Shown here one piece after another: positions 1-8,409 of a stretch of 24,677 nucleotides of DNA. The stretch comes from a virus. Lineage: Duplodnaviria; Caudoviricetes. A model generated the notes under the pieces. It saw nothing but the letters and a program-made list of their open reading frames with translations, made no database searches and was not told the DNA's origin. Each line of letters starts with the position of its first letter. Position 1 is the stretch's first letter. The stretch is taken from positions 1-24,677 of the IMG/VR virus record IMGVR_UViG_3300020161_000500; one strand, 5' to 3'. Position numbers and translations under genes: made by a program.

Positions 1-123
1 TCTGGAGATTGGTTCTGGAATGTAGCTAGAAATATGCCTAAGCCTACAATTAAGCCAAGTGATGTTGATTCTCAAAGAGAGTGGGGCGACAAAAGAGACA
101 TCCTCAAGTACTTAGGAGAATAG
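1..123 (+). CDS. 3' end of an upstream gene (partial): SGDWFWNVARNMPKPTIKPSDVDSQREWGDKRDILKYLGE*
   Basis: Frame 1 is open from base 1 to TAG at 121-123. The WFWNVA motif loosely recalls C-termini of phage PLP-dependent enzymes in DNA-modification clusters (weak recollection). Confidence 0.6.
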   Translation, partial: SGDWFWNVARNMPKPTIKPSDVDSQREWGDKRDILKYLGE

Positions 124-148
124 TTTTACCATTTATCAATTCTGTTTT

Positions 149-156
149 ATATTTAT
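149..156 (+). promoter_or_regulatory. ATATTTAT putative phage promoter motif
   Basis: Recurrent motif just upstream of gene starts; 3 nt before the ATG at 160. Confidence 0.5.
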
Positions 157-159
157 TGC

Positions 160-243
160 ATGAACATCCTAGAACAAGCAAACGAGATCATCTATAAGAG
201 ATCTGAAGAAAAGGCTTATTTTTGCATATTTATAATAAAATAA
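160..243 (+). pseudogene. Truncated original 5' end of the DUF6378-like gene (MNILEQANEIIYKRSEEKA then unrelated YFCIFIIK*)
   Basis: ILEQANEIIYKRSEEK aligns with ILKQAHEIVDLRNEEK of ORF 1033-1356 (10/16 identical); similarity stops at about 216, where the endonuclease insert begins. Confidence 0.8.
226..233 (+). promoter_or_regulatory. ATATTTAT putative promoter carried by the endonuclease insert
   Basis: Same motif, 13 nt before the ATG at 247. Confidence 0.5.
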
Positions 244-246
244 TAT

Positions 247-1029
247 ATGCACTATGTTTATGAAATACAAATAGGACCTAATAAACAAATAGGATCTACC
301 TCTTACATAGAGAAAAGAATGTCTAAGCATAAAAATTCTCTAGAAAAAAATTGCCATTGGAATTATTATATGCAAAATTCATTTAATAAATATAAAAATT
401 TTTCTTATACTATATTAAGTGAATGGAAAACTAGAAAGGAAGCTTTTTTAGAAGAACAAAAATTATTAGATTCATTTTATGGAAAATATGGATATATGAT
501 GCTTTCTAAAAAAGCAGTAGGAGCTTCTCATGATTCTGAATATATTAAATATTGGAAAAATAAAAAACTTCCTTTTGATATGAAGAAAAAAATATCTGAA
601 TCTCAAAAAGGAAGAAAATTGAGTGAAGATATTAAAAATAAAATATCTGAATCACTAAAAGGAAAAACAAAATCTGATGAAACAAAAAATAAGATGAAAG
701 GACCAAAATCAGATAATATGATAAAAAAATTATCTGAGTACTCTAAAAATAGGTCTATAATTCACAGACAAAATTTGTCAAAATCTAATATTGGCAAAAA
801 ATTATCTGAAGATACTAAGAAAAAAATATCAAAAAGTCAAAAAGGAATTAGTAAATTAGCTAATGCTAAAAGAGTTTATCAGTATAATATAAAAGGAAAC
901 TTAATAGCAGAATTTGAATCTGTAGCTAAAGCTGCTAAAGTATTAGGATTGTCTATATCTGCTATTTCAAATGCAGCAATTGGAAAATCAAAATCAAGTG
1001 CCGGTTTTATTTGGAAATATAAAAACTAA
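247..1029 (+). mobile_element. Free-standing GIY-YIG homing endonuclease with NUMOD3 repeats and a C-terminal NUMOD1/HTH
   Basis: YVY...QIGST...KRMSKH...E catalytic module; repeated K(L/K)SEDTKxKISxSxKG (NUMOD3); VYQYNIKGNLIAEFESVAKAAK...AGFIWKY (NUMOD1). Visibly more A-rich than its flanks. Confidence 0.88.
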
Positions 1030-1032
1030 AAT

Positions 1033-1356
1033 ATGAATAAAAATAGTATTTTAAAACAAGCTCATGAAATAGTAGATCTTAGAAATGAAGAAAAAGAAAG
1101 AATGTATGGCCCATTTTCAGAAGGCATGCAGAGAGCCTCTATGATTATGAAAGGCATGACTGGTAAAGATATATCTGCAGAAGATATGTACGCTGCATTG
1201 GTTGCGTTGAAATTATCCAGGCATTCATACTCTTATAAGCAAGATAATCTCTTAGATGCTTGTGCTTATTTAGGAGCATTAGATAACTATATTAAAGAAA
1301 AAAATGATTTACAAAATGAAAGTACAAAAGTTACGAAACGTAAAGACCCCAAATAG
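1033..1356 (+). CDS. DUF6378-like phage protein (possible all-alpha nucleotide hydrolase)
   Basis: ILxQAxEIV...R...YG...LKLSR...DNLLDACAY pattern typical of DUF6378; located in a nucleotide-metabolism cluster. Confidence 0.7.
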   Translation: MNKNSILKQAHEIVDLRNEEKERMYGPFSEGMQRASMIMKGMTGKDISAEDMYAALVALKLSRHSYSYKQDNLLDACAYLGALDNYIKEKNDLQNESTKVTKRKDPK

Positions 1357-1744
1357 GGGCACAGAGGCATCAGCAGGCATCGACTTTTACGTACCAGAAG
1401 ATTTTGAAACGACTATACTTAAATCAGGTGAGTCAATTCTTATTCCTTCAGGCATTAAAGCGCAAGTTCCTAGAGGTTATGCATTAATTGCATTTAACAA
1501 ATCAGGCGTATCTGTTAAGCAAGGTCTATCAGTAGGTGCTTGTTGTGTCGACGAGGATTATACTGGCGAGATACATCTGCATATGATTAACACATCAAAT
1601 AAAGACCAAACTATTGTAACTGGCCAAAAATTAGTACAATTTATATTAATACCAGTAGGTTATTTAGATGTGGTAGAAGTAGACGAATTACAGGAAAGAT
1701 ACACAACTAGAGGAGCCGGAGGATTTGGTTCAACTGGACTATAA
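1316..1744 (+). CDS. dut: Trimeric dUTPase
   Basis: Motifs AGIDF, KSG, VDEDYTGEI, LVQ and RGAGGFGSTG. Start is 1316 or 1304. Confidence 0.95.
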   Translation: MKVQKLRNVKTPNRGTEASAGIDFYVPEDFETTILKSGESILIPSGIKAQVPRGYALIAFNKSGVSVKQGLSVGACCVDEDYTGEIHLHMINTSNKDQTIVTGQKLVQFILIPVGYLDVVEVDELQERYTTRGAGGFGSTGL

Positions 1745-1745
1745 T

Positions 1746-2147
1746 ATGACTAAACTAGACACAGTATTTATAAACATAGCAAAAGAAACCTCTACTCTGT
1801 CACACTGCGTCCGATCAAAAGTCGGCGCAGTTTTAGTTAAAGATGGCAACATAATCTCTTTTGGGTATAATGGTACTCCATCTGGAATGGATAATGCTTG
1901 TGAGAAAGATGATGTTACTCTAGCCCATGTTATTCACGCAGAGTGTAATGCTATTTTGAAAGCCGCTAAAACAGGCAACTCTGTAGATAGTTCTACTTTG
2001 TACTTAACACTTAGTCCTTGTTTAGACTGCTCTAAACTTATTTTGCAATCAGGAATAAAAAGAGTTGTATATTTGAATGAATATCGTAACACTGAAGGCA
2101 TCAACTTTCTTAAACAATTTATACAAGTAGAACAATATGGAGAATAA
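1746..2147 (+). CDS. dCMP deaminase
   Basis: KVGAVLV, GYNG, HAECNAI and PCLDC zinc motifs. The ATG at 1746 directly follows the dut stop. Confidence 0.95.
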   Translation: MTKLDTVFINIAKETSTLSHCVRSKVGAVLVKDGNIISFGYNGTPSGMDNACEKDDVTLAHVIHAECNAILKAAKTGNSVDSSTLYLTLSPCLDCSKLILQSGIKRVVYLNEYRNTEGINFLKQFIQVEQYGE

Positions 2148-2784
2148 AACTTATCCTACCCCAACTAGTGCATTCGAGAATTTGTTTCACTACATCATTG
2201 ACAAAGGTGAAGACTTTGCTAATACCAAAGCTATATTCAATCAGTCATTCACTATTCAAGATCCTACACAAAAGGCTATCAAAACTCCAGTCCGTAAGTT
2301 CAACCAAGATTATGCAGAATACGAATGGTGTTGGTATATGAATGGTAACAGAGATGCCAAAGAGATCGGTGAACGTGCTAAGATATGGAATCAAATGATG
2401 GTACCAGGTACAACTGAAGTTAATTCTAACTATGGTTACTTCTGGAAGTATAACGATCAGCTAAACCGTGTTATTAACGATCTTAAGCTTAACAAAGAAA
2501 CTAGACGTGCTATTATTGTACATTACATTCTACATGAGCTTGATAGATACAAATATGATACACCATGTAATGATGTACTTAACTTCTATATCAAAGATGA
2601 TAAGTTACACATGACTGTGTTTGCTAGATCTATCGACCTTGTGTTTGGCTTCTGTAATGATCAATATACATTTGCTAAGCTTATGGAGTTTGTTTCACAG
2701 AGAACAGGCTATCCTGTAGGTCAAATGCATTGGTTTATTACCAATCTTCATGTATATCCTAGGCATTACGAAATGTTTAAATAA
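2137..2784 (+). CDS. Thymidylate-synthase-fold dNMP-modifying enzyme, most like dCMP hydroxymethylase (T4 gp42 type)
   Basis: NSNYG, TRRAI, catalytic PC without the following H, RSIDLVFGFCND (Asp at the base-specificity position) and NLHVY. Confidence 0.75.
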   Translation: MENKTYPTPTSAFENLFHYIIDKGEDFANTKAIFNQSFTIQDPTQKAIKTPVRKFNQDYAEYEWCWYMNGNRDAKEIGERAKIWNQMMVPGTTEVNSNYGYFWKYNDQLNRVINDLKLNKETRRAIIVHYILHELDRYKYDTPCNDVLNFYIKDDKLHMTVFARSIDLVFGFCNDQYTFAKLMEFVSQRTGYPVGQMHWFITNLHVYPRHYEMFK

Positions 2785-2789
2785 TAATT

Positions 2790-3008
2790 ATGTCTCAACA
2801 AGATAGAAGAGGTTTTCTCAAGATGCTATCTATGGCAGCCTTGGCGTGTGCTCTACCAGAGCCTACAGAGCGGCTGACACTACCACCAACCACTAGCAAT
2901 GCTGATATGCGTATTGGTGTAGAAAGTGTGGAGAGGATAAGAATAACCTCTAGTGGATATATTATGATTCATTCTAGAATAGATTCAGGAACAAAGCTAT
3001 GCATATAA
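2790..3008 (+). CDS. Small hypothetical protein with a twin-arginine-like signal (DRRGFLK)
   Basis: RRGFLK followed by a hydrophobic stretch; fits the gap between its neighbours. Confidence 0.5.
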   Translation: MSQQDRRGFLKMLSMAALACALPEPTERLTLPPTTSNADMRIGVESVERIRITSSGYIMIHSRIDSGTKLCI

Positions 3009-3012
3009 AACT

Positions 3013-3270
3013 ATGGCACAACAAACATCAGTAGATTGGTTAGTAGAAAAATGGGCAATACAAGGAACATTACATAGTTCAGACTTAGAACAAGCCAAAC
3101 AAATGGAGAAGGAGCAGATAATAGAAGCAATTATGTATGCTTTGGATGAAGATGGCCACACAGGAGATTGGAAGATTAAGTTTGCTAATGATTATTATAA
3201 AAAAATAAATGAAGGTTATGATATTCGAAACAAGACTACAACGAGATTTTTTGGAGACACACCTCTCTAA
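3013..3270 (+). CDS. Hypothetical phage protein (QTxVxWL...QAKxMEKEQI family)
   Basis: Motif recurrent in Bacteroidota phage proteins; tightly packed ORF. Confidence 0.65.
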   Translation: MAQQTSVDWLVEKWAIQGTLHSSDLEQAKQMEKEQIIEAIMYALDEDGHTGDWKIKFANDYYKKINEGYDIRNKTTTRFFGDTPL

Positions 3271-3715
3271 GCTTTCTAAAAAGACATATAACCAATTTAT
3301 TTGGTGGAGGCGTTATCAACAGAGGCAAACTCTGCATGATAAAAGGACTCTATATGAAAAGATCGTAAATGGCGACTACGAGCATTCAGACTATTACTAT
3401 CAAGCAGAGCATGAGAATTATCTTCTTGAAGATGTTACAGAGCATCTAAAAGCGTATGAAGATAAGCTTGATAAGATCAGCCTATTCAGAACTAGGTACA
3501 AAAAGCTTCATGAAGACTATCTAAAAGAAGAGACTGAGATCATGAAGAAGATGAAGAAAGACTTCCGTATTACTTTCAAGATTGCAGAGGAAGAGCTAGA
3601 CTCTATTATGGAGACTTTTGATGGTACTACATTAGAGCTTTATACACATATAAAACAGCTAAAAGGTGAACAGTCTGCAAATCGTAAACCAATGCCAAAA
3701 GTATCATTATCATAG
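3209..3715 (+). CDS. Hypothetical phage protein
   Basis: 168-aa ORF with coding-like composition; start may be 3218. Confidence 0.7.
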   Translation: MKVMIFETRLQRDFLETHLSKLSKKTYNQFIWWRRYQQRQTLHDKRTLYEKIVNGDYEHSDYYYQAEHENYLLEDVTEHLKAYEDKLDKISLFRTRYKKLHEDYLKEETEIMKKMKKDFRITFKIAEEELDSIMETFDGTTLELYTHIKQLKGEQSANRKPMPKVSLS

Positions 3716-3764
3716 TATATTTGATTCAAATACAGCATATTAGAAAAGATACTAAAGGTATCCC

Positions 3765-3772
3765 ATATTTAT
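3765..3772 (+). promoter_or_regulatory. ATATTTAT putative promoter
   Basis: 5 nt before the ATG at 3778; a TATATTTG also lies at 3716-3723. Confidence 0.5.
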
Positions 3773-3777
3773 AATAT

Positions 3778-4038
3778 ATGGATATGTTCCCAGAGATATC
3801 GTGGCCACACTTTTCCCAGCTTCCACAAATAAAGAAGCTACCTCTCCAAGAGCAGATCTATAGGTATAATATTCTTGTTGAAGAGATCTGTGCTATGAAA
3901 ATGCACCATTCTATGAAAGAGTGCGGAGGTATATCAAAGACAAAAACAATAGTGTCAGAAGGATTTTTACAACAAGAAAACTTGTTTTACATATTACAAG
4001 AAGACGGATCTAAAATTTACGTAACAGTAGAAATATAA
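3778..4038 (+). CDS. Hypothetical, possibly virion-associated protein
   Basis: C-terminal FLQQENLFYILQEDGSKI motif typical of large-phage structural/adaptor proteins. Confidence 0.55.
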   Translation: MDMFPEISWPHFSQLPQIKKLPLQEQIYRYNILVEEICAMKMHHSMKECGGISKTKTIVSEGFLQQENLFYILQEDGSKIYVTVEI

Positions 4039-4042
4039 TACC

Positions 4043-4675
4043 ATGCCAGATTTACCTATATCAGGATTACCTAGCCTATCTATACCAGAATCGACAGACG
4101 TTTTTGCTATTGTTAATAATAGCATAACAAAGAAAACAACATTTCAAGCTGTAGGAAATGCTGTATTCAATCAAATATCGTCTTCAGTAATACTACCTAG
4201 TCAAACAGGTTCTTTTGGTGTAACTAGCTATTATGGGTCTTTTTATCATACTGCTTCTTTAACTAACCCAGTTGCATCAGCAGAGAATACAATGTCTTTT
4301 AGTACAACTGATTTTGCTTATGGAGTTAGTATATCTGGATCTTTTAAAGACAAAATAAAAATACAAAATGCCGGTGTCTATAATATACAATTTTCTACTC
4401 AGCTAGATAAAACTACTAGTACAAATACCACTGTCTATATATGGTTAAATAAAAATGGCACAAATATTCCTGATTCTAATACAGGAATTACTTTAGGTGG
4501 TGGATCTAATGATGCATCTGTAGCAGCTTGGAACTTTTTTGTATCTAGTTCAGCCGGGGATTACTATCAATTAAAATGGGGTGCAGATAGAAATAATGCT
4601 AGAATATTATACACATCTGCATCTATAGGGCCTAATATTCCTTCTATAATTTTAACTGTAAATAGAATAGCTTAA
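4043..4675 (+). CDS. Putative virion fibre/decoration protein with a C1q/TNF-like C-terminal domain
   Basis: N-terminal PISGLP...TKK docking-type motif; YGSFY...AGVYNIQFSTQL...IWLNKNG...GDYYQL beta-sandwich pattern. Confidence 0.6.
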   Translation: MPDLPISGLPSLSIPESTDVFAIVNNSITKKTTFQAVGNAVFNQISSSVILPSQTGSFGVTSYYGSFYHTASLTNPVASAENTMSFSTTDFAYGVSISGSFKDKIKIQNAGVYNIQFSTQLDKTTSTNTTVYIWLNKNGTNIPDSNTGITLGGGSNDASVAAWNFFVSSSAGDYYQLKWGADRNNARILYTSASIGPNIPSIILTVNRIA

Positions 4676-4714
4676 TACTAAAAAGAATTATTTTATTTTT
4701 TTTCTTATTTTTTA

Positions 4715-4722
4715 TATATTTG
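4715..4722 (+). promoter_or_regulatory. TATATTTG, Bacteroidota primary-sigma -7 element (TAnnTTTG)
   Basis: Matches the consensus; intergenic, 15 nt before the ATG at 4738. Confidence 0.55.
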
Positions 4723-4737
4723 TTATAAATAGAGGTT

Positions 4738-5310
4738 ATGAATATTCAAGCAAAAGATTCCTTTTTTAATAGTTTGAAGAGATTGAGTTGGCATCAAAGT
4801 CCTATTTATAGGGCCTATAGCCTATTCAAATATGATCTCCCTGGGTTCGTAAAGAATGTTTGGAGATTTCGCCGTGAGCTATGGTCTCATCGCTGGTGGG
4901 ATTATAGGTTTACTATAGAGATTCTAAAAAGATCTCTCGAGATCCAAGAACAAGGTATGAGATTGAAGGGTATAGAAGTGTCTGAAAGTCTAGACAAAAA
5001 AATAAATAAGATGCAAAGAGCTATCAAGCTTTTGCAGAATAGGATAGATGACAATTATATTGAAAGAACAGAGAAAGATTTTGGTGAGTTAGTAATGAGA
5101 GACTGGAAGTTTGAAGAAACAAATGAAGGTAACTATCTTCTTGTAGATGAAGATACAGAAGATGAGAAGAAACACAATAGAATGATATTTAAAAAGGCTC
5201 ATGAACTAGAAGCCAAAGAGTGGAAAGAATTGTGGCAAATTATTGAAGGAAAGAAATATAAAGAGTACAAGGATTATGATGGGTCAGATCTAAGAGGTTG
5301 GTGGGATTAG
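4738..5310 (+). CDS. Hypothetical phage protein (Trp-rich, ends GWWD)
   Basis: 190-aa ORF with RWWDY and a C-terminal WWD, a pattern common in phage hypotheticals. Confidence 0.75.
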   Translation: MNIQAKDSFFNSLKRLSWHQSPIYRAYSLFKYDLPGFVKNVWRFRRELWSHRWWDYRFTIEILKRSLEIQEQGMRLKGIEVSESLDKKINKMQRAIKLLQNRIDDNYIERTEKDFGELVMRDWKFEETNEGNYLLVDEDTEDEKKHNRMIFKKAHELEAKEWKELWQIIEGKKYKEYKDYDGSDLRGWWD

Positions 5311-5327
5311 CTAGAAAATTATTACTT

Positions 5328-5516
5328 ATGATAGGCGTTATTTTATTAATCGTAGCTTTTTCAGGATCCATCGCCTGGTTATCTGCAGGTGGAATTAAAT
5401 ACATGCACAAAAAACATCCTAAATATAAAAGTAAAGACTTTTTAGATTGGGATAAGCATGTAAACAAAACAGCAGGTAGAGATTCTTGGGATGATCTGCA
5501 TGATGAAATTTATTGA
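5328..5516 (+). CDS. Small membrane-anchored hypothetical protein
   Basis: N-terminal hydrophobic helix; ATG at 5328 preferred over GTG at 5298. Confidence 0.55.
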   Translation: MIGVILLIVAFSGSIAWLSAGGIKYMHKKHPKYKSKDFLDWDKHVNKTAGRDSWDDLHDEIY

Positions 5517-5533
5517 ACTTAAATTAAATAGTT

Positions 5534-5899
5534 ATGAGTAGAATATTGTTAGTAGACATTGATGGAACAATTTGTGACGATATCAAGAATGAAGATAGTC
5601 ACCTATATCCAACAGCTAAAGAATATCCTGGAGCAAAAGATATTCTAAATAAGTGGTACGATGAAGGAAACACAATTCATTTTTTTACAGCTAGAGAAAG
5701 TAAAGATAGAGAAGTAACAGAGACCTGGTTAAAAGAACATGGCTTTAAGTATCATGGATTGATTATGGACAAACCAAGAATCAAAGATGGTCAAGAGTAT
5801 ATGTGGATAGATAATCGCAAAGTCAGAGCAGTTACTTATAATGGAGTATGGTCAGAACTAGTAGATACTAATGCTAACATTCAAACATTTGAAAAATGA
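5534..5899 (+). CDS. Capless HAD-superfamily phosphatase
   Basis: DIDGT motif I, FTAR motif II, MDKPR and WIDN. Confidence 0.85.
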   Translation: MSRILLVDIDGTICDDIKNEDSHLYPTAKEYPGAKDILNKWYDEGNTIHFFTARESKDREVTETWLKEHGFKYHGLIMDKPRIKDGQEYMWIDNRKVRAVTYNGVWSELVDTNANIQTFEK

Positions 5900-6846
5900 A
5901 TAATCTAGATCGCCAGTATATAGAACTACTATACTATATCCTCAACTTCGGTGTTGAAAAACAAGACCGTACAGGAACAGGTACTAAATCAACCTTCGGT
6001 TGGCAGATCAGACACAATATGAGTGATGGATTTCCTTTGTTAACTACAAAGAAGATGGCATTCAAAACAATGGTGACCGAATTGTTATGGTTCTTGAGAG
6101 GTGATACTAATATTAAATTCCTTGTTGATAATGATTGTCATATTTGGGATGGTGATGCTTATAAGAATTATTTAAAAGAAGTAGCAGCCTTAGATTTTAG
6201 TGTACCTATAAAAGAAGAGTTTATTAGTAAAATAAAAACTGATGATAAGTTTGCAAAGCAGTGGGGTGAATTAGGACCAATTTATGGTAGGCAATGGAGA
6301 AAATGGGGAGGATTACAAGATTTAACTGATGATGATAAACCTATTTATTTAGACCAAATCGCAAACCTAATCAACGAACTCAAAACAAATCCTGATAGTA
6401 GAAGATTAATGGTTAGTGCTTGGAATGTAGGTGAGTTAGACCAAATGATATTACCACCTTGTCACTATGGATTTCAATGTTATGTTAGAGATGGTAAGTA
6501 TCTTTCTCTAATGTGGAATCAACGTTCAGTAGATACCTTTTTAGGTCTACCATTCAATATTGCTTCATACGGGTTGTTACTTGAAATAATTGCTAAGACA
6601 GTTAATATGGTACCTGATCAATTGATTGGTAACTTAGGTGATGTTCATTTATATAATAACCATATTGAACAAGCTAAAGAACAAATTAGTAGATCATCAT
6701 TTGAATTACCAAAACTAAAAATGAATCCTATATTCTTAGCTAATTTAGAACATAAAGGATTGGATGAAGCAGTTAATGGACAAGTCAATTTTGAATTAGA
6801 AAATTATCAATGCCATCCTAGTATTAAAGCGCCGCTAAGTAATTAA
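5896..6846 (+). CDS. thyA: Thymidylate synthase
   Basis: DRTGTGT, FPLLTTKK, ELLWFL, LGPIYG, SRR, LPPCH, QRSVDTFLGLPFN and DVHLY. Confidence 0.97.
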   Translation: MNNLDRQYIELLYYILNFGVEKQDRTGTGTKSTFGWQIRHNMSDGFPLLTTKKMAFKTMVTELLWFLRGDTNIKFLVDNDCHIWDGDAYKNYLKEVAALDFSVPIKEEFISKIKTDDKFAKQWGELGPIYGRQWRKWGGLQDLTDDDKPIYLDQIANLINELKTNPDSRRLMVSAWNVGELDQMILPPCHYGFQCYVRDGKYLSLMWNQRSVDTFLGLPFNIASYGLLLEIIAKTVNMVPDQLIGNLGDVHLYNNHIEQAKEQISRSSFELPKLKMNPIFLANLEHKGLDEAVNGQVNFELENYQCHPSIKAPLSN

Positions 6847-6904
6847 CAATACTTTATAATTTACAAATTAGCTTCTCTAATAAGCTGTCCTATTTATAAT
6901 AAAA

Positions 6905-7180
6905 ATGAAAAAGATCATCACCTTAGTATTAGCTACAGTATTAGTAGCCGGAGCCTTTTCTCAAGAACAGCATCATCCTAATCACAACCAGCGTAGGCCA
7001 ATCCACCCTTTCTTTTTTATTAAACCCCAAAAGGTAACAGAAAAGAAAGATGTAGTGGTTGTTACCTATAACAAAAAAGATTGGGAAAGACTAAACGATA
7101 TTAAAAGAGGTAAGTTAATGAAAAACAGAAGACAATTCTCAGAGCAAGGAAAACATCGTATTCCACCATTTGTAAAATAA
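6905..7180 (+). CDS. Small secreted hypothetical protein
   Basis: Sec signal MKKIITLVLATVLVAGAFS-Q; TATTTAT motif at 6891-6897. Confidence 0.65.
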   Translation: MKKIITLVLATVLVAGAFSQEQHHPNHNQRRPIHPFFFIKPQKVTEKKDVVVVTYNKKDWERLNDIKRGKLMKNRRQFSEQGKHRIPPFVK

Positions 7181-7201
7181 TCCCTCACTATAAAGAAAAA
7201 T

Positions 7202-7226
7202 AGCCTCCAATTTGGGGGCTTTTTTT
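7202..7226 (+). terminator. Intrinsic terminator
   Basis: AGCCTCC-AATTT-GGGGGCT hairpin followed by a T tract, with an A tract upstream. Confidence 0.8.
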
Positions 7227-7233
7227 ATATTTG
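7226..7233 (+). promoter_or_regulatory. TATATTTG -7 element overlapping the terminator tail
   Basis: 4 nt before the ATG at 7238. Confidence 0.5.
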
Positions 7234-7237
7234 CTAT

Positions 7238-7438
7238 ATGACATACGAACAAAGGCGGGACTGGTTACTCAAGACAATGAGAAAACAAACAGATAGTTGG
7301 CTTAAAGAGGATCAATATGAAGAGTGGCAAAAAAGAAACAAGCCAAAGCACTCGTATACTTTCAAACCAAAAAGGACTATTAGAACAAGCGATATTTATA
7401 ATAAAGAATGTTTAAAGTATTATCCTCAATTACAATAG
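7238..7438 (+). CDS. Hypothetical protein
   Basis: 66-aa ORF directly after a promoter motif. Confidence 0.55.
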   Translation: MTYEQRRDWLLKTMRKQTDSWLKEDQYEEWQKRNKPKHSYTFKPKRTIRTSDIYNKECLKYYPQLQ

Positions 7439-8052
7439 CTCTTTTACTTAATGTGTCATTAAAGGCACAAGATACAGTTAGATTGGTCCATAAAGAGTAC
7501 CTTACTGTATTCTCTAAATCTTTAAAGTATCCTGTATTAGTTGAATGGTGGTTAACAAAAGAAAAAGTTAGTTGTACAAACCCCATTCCAAGAAAAGATC
7601 AGTTCATTCCTGATCCGCTTCTGGCCTCTGAAACAGATTTGACAAAAGATTATACAGGTTCTGGTTTTGATCGTGGCCACATGGCTCCAGCAGCCGATAA
7701 TCAATGTTCTGGGCCTGATGCTATGAAAGAATGCTTTTACTTCTCTAATATGACTCCTCAATATGGTTCATTAAATAGAGGAGACTGGAAGACACTAGAA
7801 ATGCAGACTAGAGAATTAGCCAAGTCTTTAGATTCAGTTAAAGTATGGACAGGATCTGTTGGTGAAACAAAAAAGGTGCAAAGACTATCCATACCAGAAA
7901 AGTGTTGGAAAGTCATTTATATTAAAAAGACAGGCGAGTTTAAAGCATATATTTTTAACAATGATCAATCTAAAGCTAACGGAATTGAAGACAATCTAGT
8001 TAAGATTGAAGATGTTGAGAAGTTAACAAATTATAAATTTAAAATAAAGTAG
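7408..8052 (+). CDS. Secreted DNA/RNA non-specific endonuclease (Serratia NucA/EndoG family)
   Basis: GFDRGHMAPAAD, FYFSNMTPQ and LNRGDW..LE motifs; signal peptide ending LKA-Q; ATATTTAT at 7392-7399. Confidence 0.92.
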   Translation: MFKVLSSITIALLLNVSLKAQDTVRLVHKEYLTVFSKSLKYPVLVEWWLTKEKVSCTNPIPRKDQFIPDPLLASETDLTKDYTGSGFDRGHMAPAADNQCSGPDAMKECFYFSNMTPQYGSLNRGDWKTLEMQTRELAKSLDSVKVWTGSVGETKKVQRLSIPEKCWKVIYIKKTGEFKAYIFNNDQSKANGIEDNLVKIEDVEKLTNYKFKIK

Positions 8053-8053
8053 T

Positions 8054-8311
8054 ATGAACGTTATGTATTTTTCAGCTGATTGGTGCGGTCCTTGCAAAGT
8101 TTTTAAACCAATTGTACAACAAGCATCACAGGAGTTAGGAATTCCTGTTAACTATATTAATGTAGACTATGATGCATCCTTTACTCAGAAGTACTCTATC
8201 ACTTCTGTACCTACTATTATAGTAACAAATGATCAAGGAGATACACTTTACAGAAAGTCTGGAGTTATGTCTAAAGATCAAGTAGTTGCTATGTTTAATC
8301 AATTTAGATAG
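8054..8311 (+). CDS. Thioredoxin
   Basis: FSADWCGPCK and SVPT cis-Pro motif. Confidence 0.93.
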   Translation: MNVMYFSADWCGPCKVFKPIVQQASQELGIPVNYINVDYDASFTQKYSITSVPTIIVTNDQGDTLYRKSGVMSKDQVVAMFNQFR

Positions 8312-8336
8312 TCTTTTAAGATATTTATATCTAAAG

Positions 8337-8409
8337 TAGGTTGGTCAATTAGTTGTGGTAATAGGTTTTATAATAATTAAAATTTGTTTACCAAACTGTT
8401 AATCAACTA
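8337..8409 (+). promoter_or_regulatory. Long imperfect 5'-UTR hairpin reaching the endolysin start codon
   Basis: 8337-8370 pairs with 8378-8409 (about 30 pairs including G-U, with a few bulges); ATATTTAT at 8321-8328. Confidence 0.6.

Noticed and set aside
217-1032. Group I intron around the endonuclease
   Set aside because: Only about 30 nt upstream and 3 nt downstream of the ORF; no P/Q/R/S core; the downstream gene has its own start.
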